From: Saccostrea echinata
Taxonomy: Eukaryota
Length of the DNA stretch: 64,000 nucleotides
Reading direction: 5' to 3'
NCBI RefSeq assembly: GCF_033153115.1
Contig: NW_026889761.1
Coordinates: 10,230,001 to 10,294,000 of the forward strand
Shown here: one piece after another, positions 37,401-49,738 of the stretch
Layout: every line of letters begins with the position of its first letter
Numbering within the stretch: the first letter of the stretch is position 1
The notes under the pieces: generated by a model
What the model was told of the DNA's origin: nothing
Database searches by the model: none
What the model saw: the letters and a program-made list of their open reading frames with translations, nothing else
Made by a program: the position numbers and the translations under genes

Positions 37401-40400
37401 ATCTTAACTTGTATTTTCTGAAACACATACATTTATGCATCGTATATTGAGACTATCTGAATCAAGAAGTGTCTGCTATAAAATGATGCTTTTTCCTTGA
37501 TTTGTTACAGAGACTGGTCTACAGCTAAACAGTATCTTCTGTCAAAGTTCAGAGCCGTAGTTACCAAGTTAGAGAGTCAGGGAAAAAACAACAATCAGGT
37601 ACATACATAATAAAATCAGCTGACATAGATTGGTCTACAGCTAAACAGTATCTTCTGTCAAAGTTCAGAGCCGTAGTTACCAAGTTAGAGAGTCAGGGAA
37701 AAACCAACAATCAGGTACATGCATAATAAAATCAGCTGATGCTAGAAATTTGTTTTATATTCCAGCTGAGATTAATGAAAGTAAAATACATGTATTTCTG
37801 TTTTGTTGTTGGAAAAGAGAATTATCAATATCAAGTATTTAAGCATTAAATAAATATTGTCTGTGGAGGAAATAAGTAAATACATGGATGTGGTTATGTC
37901 GTGCAGAAAAAAGATTTCACTCTGTACTCTTGCTTTATCTAACTGGGTTAACTTCATTTGGTGCCCTACAAAAAATTAAATTGTACATACCATGAAAAGT
38001 TTTTATACAACAGAAATAGAAAAAAAACCCTTAAAATATTGAAATAGAGAGTAACTGATGGGAAAAGACCATTTAAGTGATTTTTTGTTGTTGTAATTCT
38101 GTAGTAAATTAGGAAGGTGGTCTTTCAAATCTCCAGCTGTATATTTATATAAATGAACAGTTGCTGCACGTACACTGTATCCTCTTTAAAATCTTTCTCC
38201 AAGTTAATAAGCTTAAACATCCTCAACTATTTTAGAAAGATATTGAGGTACATATGGCTCTCAAAAAATAATTCTTACTTTTGTGAAAAATAAAATAAGA
38301 TAAAAACTGAAAGGACTCTACATAAAATGGAATCCCCAAAACTGCTAGTAAATAATGCGACAAGGATAAGGCAACGCAGAGTACCCATAAAATATCTCAG
38401 TGCACCATCTGGGATAGCCTGGTTCCCTGGCTCATCCTTGACGAGGCAGGAGAGCCAGGTGGATTAAAATGGATGCTGTCCCTTGATTGGTCAGAACAAT
38501 TTGCGCTAAATCATAGATTTTTGAGCCATTACCGTTAACCACAGAAATAAATATTGACATCACAATGATACATTGCATCGATGGCGTAGAAAAATACATG
38601 TCACAATGAACTTCTACACCGGAAGCGCAGCTAAATATGACATCACAATGGGCTCAGATTCAGGGCAGATTCACATTGTAGTCCACCTGGCCCTAGTGTC
38701 GCAGAGTATACGAAGCATAACAGGGACAGGGAACCAGGCTACATCTGGGACTACTTAGATGTGACATCATAATAGCATGTGACATCATAATAGCATATGA
38801 TGTCACAACACTGAAAAGAGCTTTTTAAATAATGTTGCATGTAAAAAGCTTTCATGTTAATGTTTAATTCAGATGTTTGGACTGTTGTCTTAAACTTATC
38901 CTAAATGTGCTGTTATGATGGCACCGCACATTTGCAAAAATATCCCGATTCTTTCCTCTTGTCGGATATGCATCAAGTTCAAACAATAACAAAAATTTGA
39001 AAATGAATTGCTCCCCATTACGCATCTGTAAATAATCGAGTTTATGTCATGTAGGCATAATAGACTGATGCAAGTGATTTTAAAATTAGAATAAAATATT
39101 GAAGATATTTTGTGTGAATCTATTAAAAGAGTATCTTCTCTAACTGAATGTTTTGTTTTTTACCTAGCCTATTTTGTTTAAATTGCAATGTAGAGTAGAA
39201 AATACCCTCACAATCTTGTGGGGGTAAGTTGAAGTTCTCATGAAATATTTTATATACATGTAAGTAAAATGCAAACTTTCCCCCAGTACTTTTTGAATTC
39301 ATTTAATTGATAAATGTAACAAAACATACTCAATAATTGTGTTAATCACTCGTGCCCTTGCAATTTCCATGCAAGAACAACAAAATCATGTGAGGTAAAA
39401 AAATTCCATATATATTACACTGTACATTTACCTGATAAAACTCTCTTCACAAACTGGCTGTACTTATACACTTACAGTCAAACCTTATTATCTCAAACTA
39501 AATGGGACTTTGAGATATCTTTCAAATCTTTGAGGACTTTCAAATCACTTTGACATATCCATGCTATGTAAGGTTGTAGTTTACAAATTTAAATCAAAAC
39601 TTAGCTTGAAATGGTGGTGTTTTGAATGCATTTTTTTTAAAAAGCTTCGGAGATCGAGTCTTAATTATCAAAGGTGAAAACGTTTGTGTTATACCATAGA
39701 ATACTTATGCTGGTGCACCAAATTTGCAGTTATATGTATATTGAGTGTAGGATTTATTTTTCAGACAGTTTTACAGACATTGATCAGCATAACTGACAGA
39801 CCTCATGCTCCAAATTACGCACTTCTGCTGCTCTGGGCCTCACTGGCTAATGCTGTCCCTGTGAGTCAATCTTTATTTTCATTTCTGTAAAAAAAAATTT
39901 TATCATGTGAGGGTAAGTGTTCTTTTATTAAGATGATTATTTTTTAGCTTGTTTTTTAAAGCTGACATTTTGGGCACTGTGCCTGATTCTCAGTAACAAG
40001 ACAGTTCTACAGAAACTTCAGTCACAGATCGACGACACACTGGGAAATATTCCAGGTACTAGTACAATTGTTTTACACAGACTTCTGTATTGTATTTTGA
40101 AGACAAGAACACAATTAAAAAAATTGTAGATACTGGATATTGAATTCAGGTCAAAAATATTGTAGATGTTTTTTAACGTGTTATAATTTAAATCTGGTTT
40201 TAACATGTCATTTGATTGGATAGAAAAAGTAGTTTATATCATATAACCTGTATTGCCTGGGTCACAATATGACTTAATTAATACATCAAAAACATCAATT
40301 CACTTGACTTTACATTTAAATGTAGTACAACTGGAAGTAATTTTTGTTTTCGCTTTGTGATTTAAAAAGCATAAACTGCCTCCACCCAGCTTATACAGTT

Positions 40401-43400
40401 TAAGTTGTATAGCTATGAAATTTATTCCTTAAATAAATTTAGATATTTTTTAACAACTAAATCAGTCTAGTTTTGTCTATCTAGAGTGTTCACTTAATGT
40501 ATAGTCCAATCCACATTTGCAAAAGTTGTTTCCCTTTGCAGGGTCAACTAAAAGGTCAATAGGGAAAAAAGCAATGTTTCTTGATCTTCTTTACACTACC
40601 AAATCTTTGGGCATTCTGCGTTAAATTCATTGTGTTCAAATTTTTTTTCCTTCGATGTATGGGTAGCCCCATCCAAGGGCAATCAAAATACAAGACCCAA
40701 CCCATTTTGACGTCAAAGGACAATTTTAGGTTACAAACCTGAAAGTTACAAAGGCTAGTGTGAGAATTCTATGAGTTTTTTCCCCCAAAGATGGCAACCA
40801 AGGGACATAACTTTTTAAAAGTGTGGCTTAAACTGTTGGTTCATAATTTTTCTGTATAATCTACTGTGGAATGATTTTAAAATGTCACTTCCAAGATATA
40901 TATACACACGAGTCCTTTATCAATAGGAATTATTTCCCACCACACTAGCATACTACTTATCTGTAAAGACACATAACTTGTAAAGGTGTAAGCACTAGGT
41001 TACCTAAAGTCAGATGATCTTTAACACAATTCTAAATGATATGAAAAAGCTTTAAAAATGTTTACAAAACTTCTGAAATGACAGCCAAGATAAGAAAACC
41101 TTTCCCAGGCTCAGAAAAAAATGTTTTCTGAGGATGATTTAGAGATAATCAAGATCAAAATAGATAATGATACAGTCTATGTATCTCTATCAGTTTTGTT
41201 TATTTTCAGACGAGGGAAAAGGACAAAAATATATGTAAAAGGGTTTTTTTTCTGAGCATGAATTTAAGCCATGTTAGACAGTGATGAATGAAATGCTGCT
41301 ATATAAAAAGAATAAGTAAGGTGAAGGTTGTTTTGGATGATTTCAGATTTTCTTTTTCAAGTTATCTCAGATTTCTAGGAATTTTTTTAAAAAATTCTTA
41401 TCAATTGACGCATTTAATTTCATGCATCAAATGATGCTTAAGAAAAATTAAGAGAAGAGTATCTAAATTAAACTGATAAAAATAAAGTCCAGGTCATGTG
41501 AATTTCATTACTGGCACCAAAAAATGAAAATCAATAATATATTTTTAAAAAATGTTTTAATTCATTATTGATTAAACAGATGTTAGATTCTACGTATGTA
41601 ATGCAAAGCTAGGCTCTGAAGCTAACAAGATTTTTATCTAATTCTGTGTTATTTGATTTTGTTGCAAAGACTTTAAAACACAAGAAAAACATGTTTTCTT
41701 GGCAGAGACAAGTGTAATCAAATTTAGATAAACAAATTATTTGCCAGTAAACAGCCATTAAGATTCTGAATCAGTTATTCACCATCCAGAGGAGCATACT
41801 GAATCATCAACCACTTGCTTCTGAGATGTTATCATTCATGTTTTTTATACGATAATTCAGCCTTTTATATGAGAGTTCTGTAAGTCAGATTTTTATTTGC
41901 AATACTTTATACATGTATGTAATGTAGCATATTTCCAATAGGCAAAAATGAAGAAATTAATAAACAACTTAAAGAAACATTCATGTAACTTAGGTACATA
42001 AAAGTTATGTGCTGATACATGCAATTCTTTCCAATTCATCCCCCATAAAAAAGTACATGTACCTTACAACAAATAATTTGCAGCATAGGATGCTCTGCTT
42101 ACTTCTCTCTCCCTCTCTCTCCACCCCTTCTCTGATCTCTGTTGAGGATAACCTTTAGTATTTTAAGTTCATCATGTGATCCCTCCACTCCAAATTCCTG
42201 CATGCAATCATCTCTAAAATTTTCAATTATTACAGTTGAATTTCATTATGTTGAACACTGATATCTCGAATACCAAAGATAAGTTGACAGTCTCAATCAC
42301 CTTTTCTCTATGTTTTTTTCCCCTCATTTTCTTAAATCGTTAGATATCTCGAAGTTAAATCTTGGTCCCCTCAAGTTCAAGAAAATGAGGTTTGACTGTA
42401 TTATATTTAAAATAAATAATCTTGACAGAGGAGCAGTGGGACTTTAGTGAGGAGTTTCTTAAGAAGATGCCGTATTTGAGGAACTGTATATTGGAGGCGA
42501 TACGTTTACATCCTGTAGGAGTTATAACTCGAAGAGTGATGACATCATTTACTGTCAGGGTAAGGGCATTTTTTATAATATTTAACTTTACATTTTAAGA
42601 TGCAGTCATCTTTTATCACTAAAGATGCTGTATGAGAAATCAATGGTATAAAAAATTTTGTTTTATTTTTCTTATCAATTTATTAAATAAACTTTTTTCA
42701 TAAACTTAATTTTTTTAAATATTATTTATATTATTTACAGATGATGAATCACATATCTATTTCAGTATCATAAATGACCAAATATTGTACAATATCTATA
42801 CTATATATACATGTGCCGTCATTTCTGTTTTGCAGGATTACACAATACCTAAAGGAGACATGCTGATGGTGTCTCCGTACTGGAGTCACAGAAATCCAAA
42901 GTATTTCCCTCATCCACATACATACAATCCAGTAAGATCTACAGCTGTGATAGAATGTCACAGTCAAACCAATTTACAGAATACTTCACAAACATCTATA
43001 GCTATAATAGAATGTCACACTCAGATCAACCTTCAGAATACTTCACAAAGTTCTACAGTTATAATAGAATATCACGCTTAGACCAACTTACAGAATACTT
43101 CACAAAGTTCTATAGTTATAATAGAATATCACGCTTAGACCAACTTACAGAATACTTCACAAAGTTCTATAGTTATAATAGAATGTCACACTCAAACCAA
43201 TTTACAGAATACTTCACAAATTTCTACAGTTATAATAGAATGTCACACTCAAACCAATTTACAGAATACTTCACAAAGTTAAACAGTTATAATAGAATGT
43301 CAGACTCAAACCAACTTACAGAATACTTCACAAAGTTCTATAGTTATAATAGAATATCACGCTTAGACCAACTTACAGAATACTTCACAAAGTTCTACAG

Positions 43401-46400
43401 TTATAATAGAATGTCACACTCAAACCAATTTACAGAATACTTCACAAAGTTCTACAGTTATAATAGAATGTCACACTCAAACCAACTTACAGAATACTTC
43501 ACAAAGTTCTACATGCAGTTATAATAGAATATCACACTCAAACCAACTTACAGAATACTTCACAAATTTCTACAGTTATAATAGAATGTCACACTCAAAC
43601 CAATTTACAGAATACTTCATAGAGTTCCATAGCTTTGATAGAATGTCACACTTGGACCAACTTACAGAAAACTTCACAAAGTTCTATAGTTATAATAGAA
43701 AATCACACTTAGACCAACTTACAGAATACTTCACAAAGTTCTATAGTTATAATAGAATATCACGCTTAGACCAACTTACAGAATACTTCACAAAGTTCTA
43801 TAGCTATAATAGAATGTCACACTCAAACCAATTTACAGAATACTTTAATACAGTCATTCTACGATAAATGGACCAATTCAAAGTAAAAAACATGAAAAAA
43901 ATAATTGTTTCAAATAGCAAAATGTACATTATAATTCTCTAAAGGATATATCAGTGAACTTGAAAACAAAGAATTGTCCACAAATCTGGTATCGTTAACT
44001 TTTTACAACAATTTCAAGATACCAATTATTTTAAGGTAATGTTACGGAAGTTAATGCTTGATCAAGCCTTATTATTTTTTAAATAAAGATGAATTTGACC
44101 AATTTTTCGTTTCTGGTGTTCAGTAAAGAACGCTAAAGTATGATTCATGAAGTCTCGCATGAATCCGAATTTAAATTAAATTTTCGGGAAAAATATCGTT
44201 ACGGAAGTTAATCGTTACGGAAGTTAATTCCCAGCAATAAAAGTTAAAATTCTCTTCAATAGTTAAAATCAAAGTTTATTTTAGGGTATTAAACAAAAGT
44301 ATGAAGCATTTCGCTCCCAAAATGATAAAATTTTTTATACCTTTAATGCAAAAACTTTCCTGAATTACCGTTACGGAAGTTAAATTTTTAAAAGAGACAA
44401 CTGTTTTTGTCTAATTTATTTTGTTATGTCGAAAATGTAATCGTCTAAAATAGCTGACTCGCAACTAGAATCGATAATATAAGGTTCCGTGGTCACTTTC
44501 AGATAAGTTTCAGCTCTTTTTGAAATCTGCATTCTATGCGTGAAATTTAAAACAAAATCGTTACGGAAGTTAATAGATTTTAAGCGACATGCTTATGAAT
44601 TCGCATGAAAGGATATCTATGCATTTCTTTGCGAGAAGTGATTTGATTTCTTTTTATATAGGATAAAAGACATTTTTCAACATTCATTGCAATCTCTTCG
44701 GAACGATTTTACGGCAGAAAATTTCATCTTGAAATTTGTAAATAAATTAAGCGACATTAAGATTTGCAGTGGAATACGTTTTTCAACATAACATTGTGTT
44801 CATATCAAAACTTTAACTGCATATATATTGGTGAATATTTACAAAACCATGTGTGTATGTTAAGTCTTAGAGTTGAAATCGACCTTTAAATTTATGATTA
44901 AGATATTGCAACGGTAAATTTGTAAGCGACATGAAAAATTCTTAATTGGTCATGTTTTTGTAGAATGACTGAATAGTTCTATAGTTATAATAGAATGTCA
45001 CACTCAAACCAACTTACAGAATACTTCACAAAGTTTTATACTTATAATAGAATGTCACACTCAAACCAACTTACAGAATACATCACAAAGTTCTACAGTT
45101 ATAATAGAATATCACACTCAAACCAACTTACAGAATACTTCACAAAGTTCTACAGTTATAATAGAATGTCACACTCAGACCAACTTACAGAATACATCAC
45201 AAAGTTCTATAGTTATAATAGAATGTCACACTCAAACCAATTTACAGAATACTTCACAAAGTTCTATAGTTATAAAAGAATGTCACACTCAAACCAACTT
45301 ACAGAATACTTTAATCGTTCTATAGTTATACATGTAATGGAATGTCACATTAAGACCCTCATACATTCAACCATTGAGATCATTTCTCAAGTGCAATAGT
45401 GATATAGAGAATGAAACACTCTAAGAACATACTATCTTCAGTAAGACCACTTTACAAACCAAAGTGATTTACTATAGAGCAAACACTCATACATCCAATC
45501 CTGTAAACTCATGTCTTAAAGTGCTAAAGCTACTTGTAATCAATCACATCCAATTTGATATACATTCAATCTTCTTAGGTCATACATTTGTATTGTCTCA
45601 AAACTGTGCAGTAGTTATATTTATCAGTTTATAAACAATTTTAGACCTCCATACATTCAATTCAATATGATCATGAAGTGTTATAGCTATATAATTAATT
45701 TGACATATCTGAATTCACATACATGTACATTAATCAATCCAGTAAGATCACACATTGCTACAGCTATGTTTATGATATCATTATTGCTCTAAGGTAATAA
45801 GCTTAAAGCAAAAGAAAAAAAATCAGTAAGTGCTAGAAATATTAAATGTCATGTATTTATTAATTTAAGGACCGCTGGCAGACTTCAGAGCTTGAGAAGA
45901 ATTTGTTCCTGGACGGTTTTATTGCCTTTGGGGGTGGGCGTTACCAGTGTCCTGGGAGGTTTGTCTTTCTGTTGTCTGTCCATATCACAATTTATAGATA
46001 AAAAGTGCCAAAACTAAGTCAGACATATCACACAATATTTTAAATTAAAGCAACAGTTCACTTCGTACAGTATAAAGCTTGATATTTTTGTAGGTGGTAT
46101 GCCCAGATGGAGCTACAAATGTTTGTTGCACTGTTTTTGTACAAGTTTGATGTCGAGGTTTTATCAGAGCATATTCCTAAACCTGTGAGCATTGCAAAAT
46201 ATTTAGATTCAATAAAAATTATAAAATCCTAAAAAATTGACTTAGTTTTCTTGTAAAAAAAAAATAAAATAGATGTAATGAAGTGTAAAACTTTTGAGGG
46301 ATCTGCTTTGTAAAAATGTAGTACCAGGAATTTGTTTTTGCTTTTTATGTATTTGTAATTTTATTTGCATTTTTTCCTCCAGGGTTTTTTTTGTTCAAGT

Positions 46401-46497
46401 TACAGTTGCCTTTTTTTTACAGAGCCTGAAGCATGTTGTTGGGACACAACAGCCATCAGAACCATTCCTCGTCTCCTACAAAATAAGGACTCCCTAA
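34459..46497 (+). CDS. CYP39A1: Cytochrome P450, CYP39A1-like (oxysterol 7-alpha-hydroxylase family), 13 exons, 477 aa
   Basis: Exons 34459-34665, 35203-35338, 35851-36000, 36112-36209, 36310-36392, 37511-37598, 39765-39860, 39962-40055, 42429-42559, 42836-42931, 45870-45958, 46094-46184, 46423-46497 sum to 1434 nt in frame. N-terminal TM anchor followed by PPSYEGWIPWLGCAFEFG; I-helix LLLLWASLANAVP; ExxR (EAIR); PDRW; heme loop FGGGRYQCPG. Confidence 0.9.
37175..37359. mobile_element. Small TA-flanked MITE
   Basis: TA|ctgtaaaccaa ... ttggtttacag|TA. Confidence 0.65.
37511..37739 (+). repeat. 117-bp tandem duplication of CYP39A1 exon 6 and its donor
   Basis: 37628-37739 is a near-identical copy of 37511-37622 (exon plus GTACAT...aaaatcagctga). 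Confidence 0.92.
38415..38741. mobile_element. AcademH-like non-autonomous DNA transposon
   Basis: TIR tagcctggttccctg / cagggaaccaggcta (TAG...CTA termini); perfect 9-bp TSD CATCTGGGA. Confidence 0.8.
42233..42398. mobile_element. Tc1/mariner-type MITE (reverse copy of the 19662 family)
   Basis: TA|cagttgaa ... gaggtttgactg|TA, internal gatatctcgaa. Confidence 0.65.
42932..45350 (+). repeat. 57-bp minisatellite (~16 + ~6 copies) in CYP39A1 intron 10, split by a transposon
   Basis: Unit ~agttctacagttataatagaatgtcacactcaaaccaacttacagaatacttcacaa; begins at the exon-10 donor. Confidence 0.93.
43851..44971. mobile_element. 1121-bp non-autonomous TIR element with 4-bp TSD
   Basis: 28-bp imperfect TIR cagtcattctacgataaatggaccaatt / aattggtcatgtttttgtagaatgactg; TSD AATA; internal repeats gttacggaagttaa (x5) and taagcgacat (x3). 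Confidence 0.85.
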
Positions 46498-47705
46498 TCC
46501 AGGAAGGTACACTGCATGTCAAAACTGAAATTCTTTTTTATTTATTTTTTTTTCATCTCAATAGAAGCATTGCCTCATTTTGTACATTATATACTTATAA
46601 AGACAAAAAAATGTACATTCTGTTGATATATTGGATTGAAATAGAATGATTTGTTTTATATAATTTACTTTGCTCATGATTTTTTCATAGTGTTAATTAT
46701 TAAAGTTATTAAACTACATATTTTTAACATTTCTATACATATATAACAAATTTCATTCACCATTTCAGCTATCATATGGTAGAAATGATTTTGTAGACCA
46801 AATGATGTTAATTTAGACACTAAATTTTTATATGAATGTTCAGACTTTTTAAAAGATACTTTTGCCCCATGAGACAATGATAAATTTCTTGCAAGATTCT
46901 TTGAAATAAAAATATTTTTTTACTCTTTTTTTTGGACACTATAATAATACATCATGTAATTAGAAATCCACTGGGTTTATCAAACTTGTAAGTACATGGT
47001 TCCTTGTATCTTACTAGAATTCCATGACTTTTTCTTCTTGGGGATTAAATATGACTTTAAGATATCTATTATTTCACTTAACACATTTACTTAACTTGGT
47101 TTTTTGATATTTCTCAATAATTTCTATGACTACTAGCAAAACTATGAATTTTGAACATTATATACATGTATCAATAACACATTTATTTATCATTTTTGAA
47201 TTTCCTTTTTAGAATAATATATGCATGAACATTTGTCAATCATTAATATATTTTATATAGTAATTGACGAAGAATTTGTGATATGTACAGTATTCAATAA
47301 TCTTCACCAATTTATGTCCATCAAATTTCATTTTTCAGCAATAAAGCACGCTATAATTTCATTTAATGATCTCTGAATTTTAAACTCTTCCCTAAACCAA
47401 CATTAAAACGAATTATAATCAATTTTAGCTTTTTTTTTCAAATAAGTTGCATATTCATTAATGTTTTAATTGCTTGTTTTCCATCACCATGAAATAAAAA
47501 TTTGACAATCAGTTGAATACTTAATCATTATTTGATTTTTTTTTATTGAAAATATGAAAATATTCATATCTATTCTAATGTTTATTGAATCATTTTTTTT
47601 ATTTTATTTTTTTTAAAATAGACTTACCGGTAAGCAATAAAACTTGATGAAGAAAAAGTGTTATCTCTTGAAATTAGATAAATACATTTCCACTTTCTCT
47701 CATTA

Positions 47706-48378
47706 TTTTTTATGCCCCCGGAATGGAAAATTTCGGGGCATATAGTTTTTCCTGTCTGTCCACAAAAACTTGAATCTTCCAATAACTTTTGAACTGTTAA
47801 ATTTAGGGCTTTCATATTTCACATGTATTTTCCTTGTGAAAGACCTTTTTTGGGGTACCAACATATTTGACCTCTTATCCTTGACCTTGGAGTTTGACCC
47901 ACTTTTGCAAAGTTTTACCAAACTTTAACCTTAGCCATAACTTTTGAATGATAGGTCCTAGGACTTTCACATCTGTATTCCTTATGACAAGACTTTCCCT
48001 TGGGTGCAAACAAACACATTTAACCTTTTAACCTTGCAACCTGGATATAACTTTTGAACACTTGGTGCTAGGGCTTTCATATTCTTGTGACAAGATCTTT
48101 CCTTAAGTACATGTACCAATATTGTTGACCTCATGAACCTGAGCTTGGAGTTTGTCCTACTTTTGAAAAACTTTACCTTGACCATAATTTCTGATGGTTG
48201 CTGCAAGGGCTTTCACATTTCACCATGTGTATCTCTTGTGATGAGCCCATTCTTCGGATATATCAATATTTTTTAACTGTTAAATTGAACTTGGAGTTTT
48301 ACCTGCGTTTGAGAAAGTTTAACCCTTACCATGATTTGCTATACAGGGGCATCAATATTTCACAAACACATTTTGTTT
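47706..48378 (+). mobile_element. HINE/Helitron-like element carrying degenerate Cg170-like (~165-bp) satellite monomers
   Basis: 5' tttttatgcccccg..cggggcata hairpin followed by ctgtctgtc; monomers with tagggctttcatatt..gacaagacctttcc..gaccttgaccttggagtttgacc; 3' ggggcatc..tttcacaaacaca..ttgtt. Confidence 0.75.
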
Positions 48379-48743
48379 CTTCTCTTTTTGATACTCAGCC
48401 TTTCTATATATTGTGCATGTAAGTATACTGTTTCCAAAACCATTGGTTTTCATCATATAAAATTTAAATCCCCTGGCTAAAGATGCCAAGTTTTTAACAC
48501 CATTTGAATGGATCCACTTGTCTTCTTTTTATTCTCTCTGTTCGAATTCATTCATGTATTTACTACTACTGGTTTTAATACTAGATTTGTTGGTATGACA
48601 CAAATGTCTAGTCTGCATTCTGTTGGTTGAAATATACTTCTAATTCAAGCATTAATTCTGTTTAAAGCAAGTCAAACGGGTTGAGAAAAAGTTAACAAAA
48701 ATATTGCAAGTCATCATCTTACAGCATTCTGCACACTAAAATT

Positions 48744-48840
48744 TAGCTTCAAAAATGTAGCCTTATGGTTTTATGATTTGGTCTTTTATCAACTGTCAAA
48801 GACTAAAACATAAAACCATAACGCTACAGTTTTGCAGCTA
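48744..48840. mobile_element. 97-bp foldback (palindromic) element
   Basis: Two ~45-bp arms form an imperfect inverted repeat with TAG...CTA ends; flanks actaaaatt / actaaaata (8 of 9 match). Confidence 0.6.
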
Positions 48841-49581
48841 ACTAAAATACACCTCTTAGTCTGCAACAATAGTGTATTTTTTTTTTTTGGAAGGGGGCGG
48901 GGGGTATAAAAGGGTATAAAATCTATTTCTTTCAAATTTGGTTACTTTTTAAATTATTTTAAAATGAGTGAGATACGGGTTAGAAATAATATCCGATGAT
49001 TATAAATAATTAATCCATCATTGTAAAACATCACATCAAAATCCACCTTAATTTTGGATTTATCAATATCGAATTATCTTGACCAACAGATTTGTATGAC
49101 GTGTGCACATTTTTAGCAACTCTTCAAATCGGAAATGATTTAACAATATGGTATTTATTGAACACAAAATACATATGTTACATCAAAAGTATGTTTTAAA
49201 AAATTAAAGATTTTGACACGTTCTTACAAGTTTGAATTGATAAATTTTACATTTGAATGTAACATATCCATCACCATTCATCCAACGACGTACATGAACC
49301 ACAAGGGAAAAAACCCACACATGTAGATGGTATACGTATATCACGGATAAGAGCTACATATGTAAATGCGAACTGAAAGCTTATCGACCTAAAGAACATC
49401 ACGGTACCAATGTTAGCATATTTGCACCATACTGAATGCAGAATGTTCCACTGGAAATCTTAATATATCGATTACGTAACAATCAGAGGTTCCACTGATT
49501 GATTACATAATATTATCAGTATCACATAAAATTGGCGTTTTAAAGATACGAATATTTTTGGAGGACGTTTTAGATTCTAAA

Positions 49582-49738
49582 TGCGATGAAATTCTAAGTT
49601 GGCACAGCTACATGGTCTACATACGATATAATTCTAAGTTGGCACAGCTACATGGTCTACATACGATGAATTTCTAAGATGGCACAGCTACATGGTCTAC
49701 ATACGATGAATTTCTAAGTTGGCACAGCTACATGGTCT
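49582..49738 (-). repeat. 40-bp tandem repeat (4 copies) containing the last codons and stop codon of the adjacent ORF
   Basis: ctaag(t/a)tggcacagctacatggtct at 49594, 49634, 49674 and 49714; the last copy is the real DHVAVPT-TAG. Confidence 0.9.

Noticed and set aside
37628-37715. Functional mutually exclusive CYP39A1 exon
   Set aside because: No polypyrimidine tract, and the only usable AG gives an 86-nt frameshifting exon.
42955-45399. ORFs of 189, 93 and 134 aa (MSHSNQ.TEYFTKFYSYNR repeats) as genes
   Set aside because: They are by-products of a 57-bp (19-codon) intronic minisatellite and have no independent gene signals.
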